A stretch of 64,000 nucleotides of DNA from assembly GCA_963729605.1 (NCBI GenBank), contig CAVSNY010000004.1, forward strand, positions 32,001 to 96,000. The letters run 5' to 3'. Every line of letters begins with the position of its first letter. Position 1 is the first letter of the stretch. The notes under the pieces were generated by a model. The model ran no database searches. It was not told the origin of the DNA and saw nothing but the letters and a program-made list of their open reading frames with translations. Of this stretch, positions 55,192 through 64,000 are shown piece after piece. A program made the position numbers and the translations under genes. This DNA is from an uncultured Gammaproteobacteria bacterium. GTDB lineage: Bacteria > Pseudomonadota > Gammaproteobacteria > DRLM01.

Positions 55192-55650
55192 TTGGATAAA
55201 CTGGGCATCGAGTGGAGTTGGGAGTCCCTTTATCTCACCGAGTTACTCATGGCCTATGTGTTGACCCTGCCCATTGCCTGGGACAGGGAGCAGACGACGC
55301 GCAGCGCGGGCCTGCGCACCTTTCCCCTGGTGGCGATCGCCAGTTGCAGTTATTTGCTGATAGCGCGCGATGTATTCGAGCCAGAGGGCCTGGCGCGCGC
55401 GTATTACGGCCTCATCACCGGCATCGGTTTTATCGGCGGCGGCGCCATCTTGAAAAACGGCGGCAGCGTCAAAGGCACCGCGACCGCCGCCAGCATCTGG
55501 AGCACCGGCGCGCTGGGGGCGGCGGTGGCCTTGCATCATTACGGAATAGCCGTGGTGCTGTCGCTGATGGTGTTTTTCACCCTGCGTTATGCGAACACCT
55601 TCAAAAAAATCATCAAGAAGGAAAACTGCGATGCGGAAAACAAGGACTAA
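55192..55650 (+). CDS. MgtC/SapB family membrane protein
   Basis: SAGLRTFPLV, GIGFIGGGAIL, GTATAASIW; GGAGG RBS with TTG start. Confidence 0.9.
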   Translation: MDKLGIEWSWESLYLTELLMAYVLTLPIAWDREQTTRSAGLRTFPLVAIASCSYLLIARDVFEPEGLARAYYGLITGIGFIGGGAILKNGGSVKGTATAASIWSTGALGAAVALHHYGIAVVLSLMVFFTLRYANTFKKIIKKENCDAENKD

Positions 55651-55748
55651 CGCATGTTCGCGCGCCGCAATCCCTATTGCCTGTTGAGTCGGCGCCGCAT
55701 TTCATTCGTCATTGGCGTCGGCGTCACGTCGATGCCTGGCATGCGATT

Positions 55749-56546
55749 TCAAAGACGTTCATTAAATGACAGGATGAAATTCCGGATGCGCTTGGCGTTG
55801 GCGCCGGCGTCGCTGCCGCCGACCCGGGAGACCGAACGCAAGTCGATACGCGTCATTTGCCCGTGGGACGCGACGCGTATCACCACGTCGTCCTTGAAAC
55901 CGAACCACAGGGTGGTATCCGTCGCTTCGATGCGGCCTGTCTCCGGTTCGCTGGCCACGACTTCCCAACCCAAATCACGCACTACTTCCAACGCGAGAGT
56001 GAAGGCGTGTTGCGCATCGATGGCGACATCGATGGGCTGGATATCGGGATAGCCCTGTTGTTGCAGCGCGGCGATGGCCGGTCCTGCGTAGTCGGTTGAA
56101 TTGGATTGATCGCCGCGCAAGGGCAAGACCGCGGAGAAGGACGGCGGGTCGAGCGGGTCGGTGGTGATGTCGTGGATGGGCGGCAGGGCGCGGATCTGTT
56201 GCAAGGCCTGCCAAGGTATCCACACCACCGCCGCGCCGATCGCCAATCCACTCAGGGCGGCGGTGAACCCGCGCCGCGGTCCGGCGGGACGCGCCAGGAC
56301 CGCGCCGAGCGCGGATACCGCGCAGGCCGCGAGTCCCGCGAAGAACGCCCACTTCAACACGGTGAAGCCCGTGCCGAAATCCCACCAGCCCCAACGATGG
56401 CCCAAACCGGAACTCAAGGCGGCCGCGGCCGCCAGCAAGGCCAACGCCAATCCGAGCCAGGCGACGCGGGAACGGGGTGGCCCTCGGAAAGCGGGGGGAT
56501 GAGAATTCCCCGAAAAACTATTTAAAAATTTCTTTTTAACGTCCAT
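55749..56546 (-). CDS. DUF1499 membrane protein (start uncertain)
   Basis: PPIHDITTD, YPDIQP, WFGFKDDVVIR, DLRSVSRVG.SD.G.N..RI. Confidence 0.85.
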   Translation of the reverse strand: MDVKKKFLNSFSGNSHPPAFRGPPRSRVAWLGLALALLAAAAALSSGLGHRWGWWDFGTGFTVLKWAFFAGLAACAVSALGAVLARPAGPRRGFTAALSGLAIGAAVVWIPWQALQQIRALPPIHDITTDPLDPPSFSAVLPLRGDQSNSTDYAGPAIAALQQQGYPDIQPIDVAIDAQHAFTLALEVVRDLGWEVVASEPETGRIEATDTTLWFGFKDDVVIRVASHGQMTRIDLRSVSRVGGSDAGANAKRIRNFILSFNERL

Positions 56547-57327
56547 GAATTAATTTTTTAGCGATGCATGACAGGGCGGAACCGGGGTAGCAAACACGCA
56601 AGGTATCGAAGATCCGGCATCTCCTTCGATGCTGAGCTGACTTGTAAGTTCGTGCGCAAAAAAGAGGAGTCTTTCATAAAAAAACCTTAAAGAACTTCGC
56701 AATGCCCCTGCTCAGGATGGCCATCGATTTTCAGCCCCTGCCCATGCGCGGCGGCAACACGTGAAAGATGACGTGAATCCCCCGGAACCGCAAGCCCCGT
56801 CGGCTCGCGCTGACGCTGCCTTGTATGCGGTGATCGGAAAAGGACGGAAGTTCGCGGCGCGGAAACCGGCATCCATTGGGCGAGCTTGGCGAGCTTGACC
56901 AGATGATCGAATCCCGCGGCGCACGTACGCTGCTTGTCCTCGTCCTGAAACCTGAATGTGCGACCGGCACCGTGTTGCTGCTCACTCCTTAAGTTGAATC
57001 GGTTTCGCCGGAACGTCGAATGTACATCACGTTAGGGCAAACTGTAATTTTTACATTGGCCGCCCAAACTTTCCCTGATTTTCCTGATGGAAAAGAGTTT
57101 CGGTATTGCATTTTTAAACCGTTTGTTGCGCATGCAGGTTGCTTAAAAATAGGCAGTTATCAATTGGCCGGACGTTTCGGGAGATGAATTCCTCGAATGG
57201 GCGTGCATCTTGCTTGACCTATCACGTGATCATCAAAACGCGCACGAACGTAAAACAAGCGGGGTCTTCGCGCAACCCTTAACGTGTAGAGCGTATGACA
57301 AAACACTAAACACTAAAGGAGTGAAGT

Positions 57328-57708
57328 ATGAAACGTTTCAGAGAAAAATTAGCGGTTCAAGAAAATATGGGCATCATCGATCGGAGTTTGCGTCTATTTT
57401 TTGGGCTTTTGTTACTGGTGCCTATCCTGGTCTTAACCCAGAAGGTGGAGCCTCCCACTTGGGAATGGTTCACTACCCTGGTTTCCCTTTATTTGTTTTT
57501 CACCGCCATGCTGGGTTGGGATCCGGCCTATGCCGCGCTGAATCGCAAGACCTGTGGCACATCGGACAAGAACCGTTGCGGCAGTATGGAGTATGAGGTC
57601 AAGGCGGCGGCGGGGGAGAATCCCAGCCACGACAAAGGTTATCAAACCAAGGCCCTCAAAGAGGGCGAGAAAACCAAGGAAACCAATTCTCCCGGCTATA
57701 CGATATAA
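57328..57708 (+). CDS. DUF2892 membrane protein
   Basis: NMGIIDRSLR, two TM segments, GWDPAY; AAGGAG RBS. Confidence 0.8.
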   Translation: MKRFREKLAVQENMGIIDRSLRLFFGLLLLVPILVLTQKVEPPTWEWFTTLVSLYLFFTAMLGWDPAYAALNRKTCGTSDKNRCGSMEYEVKAAAGENPSHDKGYQTKALKEGEKTKETNSPGYTI

Positions 57709-57732
57709 ATATCCGGCGGGTATTGGTGGTAA

Positions 57733-57765
57733 AGCGGACACGGCGTGACCGTGTCCGCTACTTTT
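57733..57765 (+). terminator. Hairpin terminator or GTAG-REP-like hairpin
   Basis: AGCGGACACGG-CGTGA-CCGTGTCCGCT then ACTTTT. Confidence 0.6.
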
Positions 57766-57894
57766 GGCTCCTCTATTAAGTAAACGTTTTTAACGTCGAA
57801 GTTTGCAGCGAAGAGTTTAACGAAAATAAATTTGCCTATCGGTTACCGGCGCGTTACGCTCCGTACACGTATCTAACAAGAGTCTTAACTATAT

Positions 57895-58260
57895 ATGGAC
57901 TCTCCGACCAGCCTGGGCATCGTTGAAACCTATTTAAACGCGATCGCGCAACGCGATTACGAACTGGCCCGTTCTTACCTCGCCGATGAAGGGTTCGAAT
58001 ATTTATCGCCGATTAACGGTTTTTCATCCGCCGAGAAATTCCTGGCTTATATGGAATTGGCCATGCCGATCATGCAACGTTTCGAACTGCGCAAGGCGTT
58101 TTGTGACGGTGATGAATGTTGCCATATTTTATCCGTTACTTCGCAGATATCGGAAAAGCGCACGGCGACGGTGGTGCAATGGAGCCGGCTGAAAGACGGT
58201 AAAATCCAACGTCTGGAATTGATTTTCGACGCCTACGAATACAAGATGCTCCTCCAGTGA
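57895..58260 (+). CDS. SnoaL/NTF2-like protein
   Basis: IVETYLNAI..RDY...R..LAD; C-terminal DGKIQRLELIFD. Confidence 0.8.
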   Translation: MDSPTSLGIVETYLNAIAQRDYELARSYLADEGFEYLSPINGFSSAEKFLAYMELAMPIMQRFELRKAFCDGDECCHILSVTSQISEKRTATVVQWSRLKDGKIQRLELIFDAYEYKMLLQ

Positions 58261-58299
58261 CGGGAGGCGATGGGGTGGCCGCGCCGGGCCCCCGCCCGG

Positions 58300-58821
58300 T
58301 CACCATGTGAAGGGATCGCTGCCGGCCGATTGCACTTGTTGCTTGTGCTGTACCCAATATTTGCGCAAGGCATCGCCGAAAATATCCTGTTCGTGGTTGA
58401 GTATCGATCGATACAGCGGATGGCGGATTTTTGCCAGGATATAATTTTCCCAGTCGGACAACTCGATCAACAAAGCGTATCCGAACAGCGAGGCCAGCCC
58501 GGTGTGGCGGGAGGAGAGCGAAAGCACTTCGTCGAAGGTGTTGAGTTGCATATAGACCAGGGTTTTGGCCTTGTAAAACAGGTCTTCTTCCAAGCGGTCC
58601 TGCTTACGGAAGTAATCCTCGGGATGGTGTGCGGTTTGCGATAAATAGCGCTGGATGTCCGGGTTGTTGATGACGAGCTGATCTATCGTGATCAAACGAT
58701 TGACGGACGTGTCGGTGCGCGATATGGATTGCGCCACGCGGTCTCTGAACAATTGCACCAGCACCCAGACGGCGCCGGTGACGCCGGCGACCACGGTCCA
58801 ATAGAAAGTAACGGATTCCAT
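58300..58821 (-). CDS. Hypothetical protein with N-terminal TM anchor
   Basis: AAGGAGG RBS before MESVTFYW; one TM segment then a helical domain. Confidence 0.7.
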   Translation of the reverse strand: MESVTFYWTVVAGVTGAVWVLVQLFRDRVAQSISRTDTSVNRLITIDQLVINNPDIQRYLSQTAHHPEDYFRKQDRLEEDLFYKAKTLVYMQLNTFDEVLSLSSRHTGLASLFGYALLIELSDWENYILAKIRHPLYRSILNHEQDIFGDALRKYWVQHKQQVQSAGSDPFTW

Positions 58822-58946
58822 TTCATCTGCCTCCTTGAGTTTTGCCGCTGACCGGGCCGGCGTAACTTGGCCGATTCGCGCCGTCCGGCTTTTGTATAAA
58901 TCCAATTTATATATAAATACGATAACGCGTCGCTACGCGACGGTTT

Positions 58947-58982
58947 GGCGGATTACGCCGTTGCACGGCTAACCCGACCTAC
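58947..58982 (-). repeat. GTAG-type REP
   Basis: Minus strand GTAGGTCGGGTTAGCCGTGCAACGGCGTAATCCGCC. Confidence 0.6.
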
Positions 58983-59040
58983 CTTTATTCACGCCCACAT
59001 AGATTCACATCGTGAGTTACGCGTGAATACAGCCTCCGTA

Positions 59041-60432
59041 TCAAATCACCCCATCTCTCGCCGCCTTCAATACCAACTCGTCGAATGCGTCGGCTGCCAT
59101 CAGTCCGCGCGCGGCGACGATGTCGCGCACCGGTTTTCCGCTCTTCTCCGATTCCTTCGCCACTTCCGCGGCGGCGGCGTAGCCGATCTGGCCGTTGAGC
59201 AGGGTGGCGAGGCCGCAGCTGATGTGGAGGAATTCCTTGCAACGTTCGCGATCGACCTTGAGTCCTTGAAGATTGAATTCGGTGGCGGCGTTGAGGCCGT
59301 TGGTCAGCCAGTCCATGGCGTCGAACAGCGCGGAACCCATCGCCGGCATCATCACGTTCAATTCCAGCTGGCCGGCCTGGGTCATGTAGGCGACGGCGGC
59401 GTCCTGGCCCAGCACTTGGAAACACACTTGGTTGAGCATCTCGAACATCACCGGGTTGACCTTGCCGGGCATGATGCTGGAACCGGGTTGCACCGGCGGC
59501 AATAGGATTTCGCCGAGGCCGGTGCGCGGGCCGGAGGCGAGCAGGCGCATGTCGTTGCCGATGCGCGTCACTTCCAGGGCGAGGTCGCGGATGGCGGAGG
59601 AGAGGCGCTGGATGTCGGCGGTGGACTGCATCTGCGCGGCGAGGTCGGCGGCGGGGCGGATGGGTTCGCCGGTCAGCCACGCCAGCTCGACGGCGGCGTT
59701 CACCGGGTAATTCGGCGAGGTGTTGAGGCCGGTGCCGGCCGCGCTGCCGCCGAGGCCGATCTCGCATAAGGCGCCGCGGGTCTCTTCCAAGCGTTGCGCG
59801 CAGCGGCGCAGGGTCCAGGCATAGGCGCTGAATTCACGGCCGAGGGTGGTGGGCACCGCGTCCTGCAAATGGGTGCGGCCGCTTTTTACCGTATCGACTT
59901 CCTCGGCGCCGATGCGCGCGTATTCGTCGGCCATGCGCTTGACGGCCGCGATCAGTCTCGGCAGCTTGGCCAGCGCGGCGAGGCGGATGGCGGTGGGGAT
60001 GGTGTCGTTGGTGCTCTGGCCCATGTTGACGTGGTCGTTGGGATGCACCGGCCGGTAGACGCCTTTCTCGCCGCCCAAGGCCACGTTGGCGAGATTGGCG
60101 ATGACCTCGTTGCTGTTCATATTGTGCGAGGTGCCGGCGCCGGCCTGAAAACGGTCGACCACGAATTGATCGAGATATTCGCCGCCGAGAATTTTGTCGC
60201 AGGCCGCGACGATGGCGTCGCAGAGTTTATCGTCGAGCCAGGCGGCTTCACGATTGGCCACCGCCGCCGCGCGTTTGATACGCACGTGGGCCAGGACGAA
60301 ATCACGGTCCGGCCCGCGGCCGCTGATGGGAAAGTTGATCACCGCGCGCGCGGTTTGTATGCCGTACCAGGCGTCGGCCGGTACCTGGAATTGGCCGAGG
60401 CTGTCTTTTTCGATGCGGTATTGAGCGGTCAT
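59041..60432 (-). CDS. aspA: Aspartate ammonia-lyase (fumarase/aspartase superfamily)
   Basis: EKDSLG, QAGAGTSHNMN, QSTND, GRTHLQDA, GSSIMPGKVNP; AGTS and STND favour AspA over FumC. Confidence 0.8.
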   Translation of the reverse strand: MTAQYRIEKDSLGQFQVPADAWYGIQTARAVINFPISGRGPDRDFVLAHVRIKRAAAVANREAAWLDDKLCDAIVAACDKILGGEYLDQFVVDRFQAGAGTSHNMNSNEVIANLANVALGGEKGVYRPVHPNDHVNMGQSTNDTIPTAIRLAALAKLPRLIAAVKRMADEYARIGAEEVDTVKSGRTHLQDAVPTTLGREFSAYAWTLRRCAQRLEETRGALCEIGLGGSAAGTGLNTSPNYPVNAAVELAWLTGEPIRPAADLAAQMQSTADIQRLSSAIRDLALEVTRIGNDMRLLASGPRTGLGEILLPPVQPGSSIMPGKVNPVMFEMLNQVCFQVLGQDAAVAYMTQAGQLELNVMMPAMGSALFDAMDWLTNGLNAATEFNLQGLKVDRERCKEFLHISCGLATLLNGQIGYAAAAEVAKESEKSGKPVRDIVAARGLMAADAFDELVLKAARDGVI

Positions 60433-60915
60433 GGCGGGGACTCTCCGATGGGGTTGCTGCCGTAACGCAAAACGGCGTTCCTTCACGGGGCGGCCGCCAG
60501 CTTGGATTGCCGCGTATTGTAACCGAATCGCCGCGGGGTTTCGGCATGCGTGTGTGATGCGCGGGTACGCGAGCATTCGGTTTTGGTCCGCCCATGGTTT
60601 GCGTGTATGGCGGACGAGGGTGGAGAAGGCCGGAATCGCCGTGCCGCTGCTGCATGATTGAAAGCGTATCCCCTCATTTTTCTTCTTTCCCGGGCCCTGC
60701 GGGTCCTCCCTCTCCCACGGACGGGAAAGGGGAACCGAGGGGCCTATGGCCGCGGGTTCCTGTCTCTCTCCACTGCTTTGGCATGCCCACCACCGGATAA
60801 TTTTCCGAGAGCGGGATGGCGGTAATTTCGCACACCGGCCGAGGCACAACTTCACAGATTCCCCCGATCCGCGCTGGCAAAGTGAGCACACCCAACAAGG
60901 AACGCGAGAATCACC

Positions 60916-63236
60916 ATGAAACTGATGTTATGGATAGTCAACCACCCCCGGCGGGTCATCGCCGCCACCTTGATCCTGGTGATCGTGGCGGCCGCGGGTC
61001 TGGCCCGGCTGCAACAGACCGCCGACTACCGAATCTACTTCAATAAGGACGACCCGCAGCTGCTGGCGGCGGAGGCCTTGCAAGACACCTACACGCGCAG
61101 CGACAACGTGCTGCTGGTGGTGGCCCCCAAAGAGGGTCAGGTGTTCACCCGCGCCACCCTGGGCGCGCTGCGGCAACTCACCGCCGAAGCCTGGCAACTG
61201 CCTTACGCGCAGCGGGTGGATTCGATCACTAATTATCAGCATTCCTACGCGGAGGGAGACACCCTGGTGGTGGCCGACCTGGTGCCCGACCCCGCCGCGC
61301 TGAGCGATGCCGACCTGCGGAACGTGCGCGACATCGCCGTCAATGAACCGGCCCTGCTCAGGCGGCTGATATCCGCCGACGGCGCGGTGACCGGCGTCAA
61401 CGTCACCGTGAATTTACCCAACCTCAATCCCGATCAGGAGACCCGCGACGTGGCGTTGGCCGCGCGGCAATTGGCGGAAAAAATCGGCGCGGCTATCCCG
61501 CGCTCGACATTCACCTCACCGGCATCGTGATGATGAACAACGCCTTCCCCGAGGCATCGGAGCGGGACATGGGGGTATTGATTCCGCTGATGTTCGCCCT
61601 GGTCATCGCCGGCCTGTGGCTGTTCCTGCGTTCCGGCACCGCCACCTTCGCCACCGTGGCGGTATTGTTGATGTCCATCCTCACCGCCATGGGCGTGGCG
61701 GGCTGGTTGGGCATTAAACTGTCACCGGCCTCCGCCTCGGCGCCCATCATCATTCTCACCGTGGCGGTGGCGGACTGTGTCCACATCCTGGTGAGTTTTC
61801 TGCACCTGATGCGCAACGAGGGCAAGGAAAAAATCGCCGCCCTCGGCGAGGCGTTTCGCATCAATATGCAGCCGGTGTTCCTCACCTCGCTCACCACCGC
61901 GGTGGGTTTCCTCAGCATGAATTTCAGCGATTCCCCGCCGTTCCGCGATCTGGGCAACGTGGTGAGTATCGGCGTGCTGGCGGCGTGGCTGTTGTCGCTC
62001 ACCTTCCTGCCGGCGCTGATGACCTTATTGCCGGTCAAGGCGTCGAAGGCCGCCGCTTATGACGGCGGTGCTTTGGCGGCCCGCTTCGGCGACGGTGTGG
62101 TGCGGCGGCGCGGCGGCTTGCTGTGGGGTTCGCTGGCGGTGTCGTTGGTGCTGCTCGCCTTCGTGCCGCGCAACGAACTCAACGATGATTTCGTGAAGTA
62201 CTTCGACAAGAGCATCGCGGTGCGCCAGGCCACCGATTTCGCCACCGAGCATCTCACCGGCGTGTCGCTCATCGAATATTCCCTGCCGGCCGGCACGGCC
62301 GGCGCGGTGGCGGATCCCGCCTATCTGCGCGCCCTGCACGATTTCGCCGATTGGTATCGCGCCCAGCCGGAGGTGCAACACGTCAACGTGGTCACCGACG
62401 TGATGAAGCGGCTCAACAAAAACATGCACGGCGATGATCAAGCCTTCTATCGCTTGCCCGAGAGCCGCGAACTGGCCGCGCAATATTTGCTGCTCTATGA
62501 GCTGTCGCTGCCTTATGGCTTGGACCTCAATAACCAGGTCAATGTCGACAAGTCCGCTTCGCGCATGACGGTGCTGTTGAAGGTGCTCAGCAACAATGAA
62601 CTCTTGGCCCTGGAACAACGGGCCCGCGACTGGCAGCGCGTCCATCTGCCCGCGACGATGCAGGCGGCGGGGGTGGGCTGGTCCATCATGTTCGGCCACA
62701 TCGCCGAGCGCAATATCGCCAGCATGCTCAAGGGCACCGCCTTCGGCGCGCTGCTGATCAGCCTCACCCTGGTGATCGCGCTGCGCTCCTTCAAATGGGG
62801 ATTATTCAGCATGCTGCCCAATATGCTGCCCGCGCTGCTGGCCTTCGGCCTGTGGGGGCTGCTGGTGGGCCGCATCGGCCTGGCCGCCTCGGTGATCACC
62901 GCGATGACCCTCGGCATCGTGGTGGACGACACCATCCACTTCATCAGCAAATATCTGCGTGCCCGCCGCGAGCGCGGCCTCACCCCGGAAGACGCGGTGC
63001 GCTACGCCTTCAACACCGTGGGTTACGCCATGCTGGTGACTTCGGTGGTGTTGTGCGCGGGCTTCGCGGTGCTGGCCTTCTCCACCTTCCAGGTCAATTC
63101 GGTGATCGGCGTGTTGTCGGCGATCACCGTGATGCTGGCCTTGGCGCTGGACTTCCTGCTGTTGCCTCCGCTGCTGATGAAACTGGACGAGAAACGCCGC
63201 GTCGTGCCCAAGGCCGCGGTGATCTCCGGCCTCTAA
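60916..63236 (+). CDS. MMPL/RND family transporter with a single frameshift near 61490
   Basis: N-terminal TM plus periplasmic domain continues as YPALDIHLTGIVMMNNAF in another frame; VAVADCVH, LTTAVGF, LGIVVDDTIH. Confidence 0.88.
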
Positions 63237-63268
63237 TTGCAATCGCCTCGCTTAAAGGACTCGATACC

Positions 63269-64000
63269 ATGGACAAACTCAATCGCATCCTCAGCCAACC
63301 GGAGGCGCAGGCCGCCACCTTGGTGGATTTGTTGCGGGAACGGGCGCGCTTCAGTCCCGCGCAACGCGCCTACACCTTCCTCCGCGACGGCGACGGCGCC
63401 GAGATCGGCATCACCTACGCCGAACTGGACGAAAAAGCCCGCGCCATCGCCGCGCATTTGCAGGCGCTGCATCTGACCGGCGAACGGGCGGTGCTGCTCT
63501 ATCAACCCGGCCTGGAATTCGTCGCGGGGTTTTTCGGTTGTCTCTACGCGGGCATGGTGGCGGTGCCGGTGTTCGCGCCGCGCCGCAACGCCTCCTTGGA
63601 TCGCGTGCATAAGGTCAGCATGGACGCCCGCGCCGCGGTGATGCTCACCACCCGTCCGGTGCTGGATAATCTCGATCAGGATTTACGCGAACTGCCCAAC
63701 GGCGGAACCAGCTTGTGGCTGGCCACCGATGAAATCCCGCTGGGCCTGGCCGCGCGTTGGGAAGACCGCGGCGTGTTCGCCGACAGCCTGGCCTTTCTGC
63801 AATACACCTCCGGTTCCACCGCGGCGCCGCGCGGCGTGATGCTCACCCACGGCAATCTCATGCACAACCTCGCGCTGATTTATCGCCGCTTCGGCGCCAA
63901 CAGCGAATCGCGCGGCGTGATCTGGCTGCCGCCGTATCACGACATGGGCTTGATCGGCGGCGTGCTGGTGCCTTTGTTCGGCGGTTTTCCGGTGGTGCTG
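63269..64000 (+). CDS. Fatty acyl-AMP ligase domain protein (partial, runs off the window)
   Basis: Own translation: TLVDLLRERA, AYTFL, GCLYAGMVAVP, AFLQYTSGSTAAPRGVMLTHGNL, WLPPYHDMGLIG; AAGGA RBS. Confidence 0.9.
   Translation, partial: MDKLNRILSQPEAQAATLVDLLRERARFSPAQRAYTFLRDGDGAEIGITYAELDEKARAIAAHLQALHLTGERAVLLYQPGLEFVAGFFGCLYAGMVAVPVFAPRRNASLDRVHKVSMDARAAVMLTTRPVLDNLDQDLRELPNGGTSLWLATDEIPLGLAARWEDRGVFADSLAFLQYTSGSTAAPRGVMLTHGNLMHNLALIYRRFGANSESRGVIWLPPYHDMGLIGGVLVPLFGGFPVVL

Noticed and set aside
57031-57070. c-di-GMP riboswitch (GGGCAAAC) or integron attC core (GTTAGGGC)
   Set aside because: No GNRA loop or second stem; no matching RYYYAAC inverse core; nearby genes are in mixed orientation and there is no integrase
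59041-60891. 616-aa extended AspA
   Set aside because: Homology starts at MTAQYRIEKD (60432); the extension crosses a REP hairpin and the divergent promoter region

Overview
High-GC gammaproteobacterial chromosome segment, probably from a metagenome or long-read assembly. It is mostly core genes: rlmM, glgB/glgX, recQ, an ABC-F ATPase, mrcB plus an LpoP-like lipoprotein, yoaA-tsaB, cheX, deaD, argG, gloA, nth, metG, apbC-dcd, purM/purN, hda, wrbA and aspA. It ends in the start of an MMPL + fatty acyl-AMP ligase cluster. No tRNA, rRNA, CRISPR array, transposase or integrase was seen. The notable signal is non-coding. (1) A ~150-bp MITE-like family with YTAR target duplications has six copies plus one relic, and its conserved hairpin loops match the CsrA/RsmA binding consensus. 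(2) A second MITE-like shell with a CTAG target carries CCCTCTCCC/GGGAGAGGG REP hairpins and is itself hit by the first family. (3) A ~180-bp duplication of a complete TGT-N11-ACA / IHF / sigma54 promoter module, plus the rlmM 5' end, brackets a VPLPA-CTERM gene. Single-base frameshifts in argG, its upstream neighbour and the MMPL gene are most likely consensus errors. All calls come from reading the sequence by eye; no searches were run.
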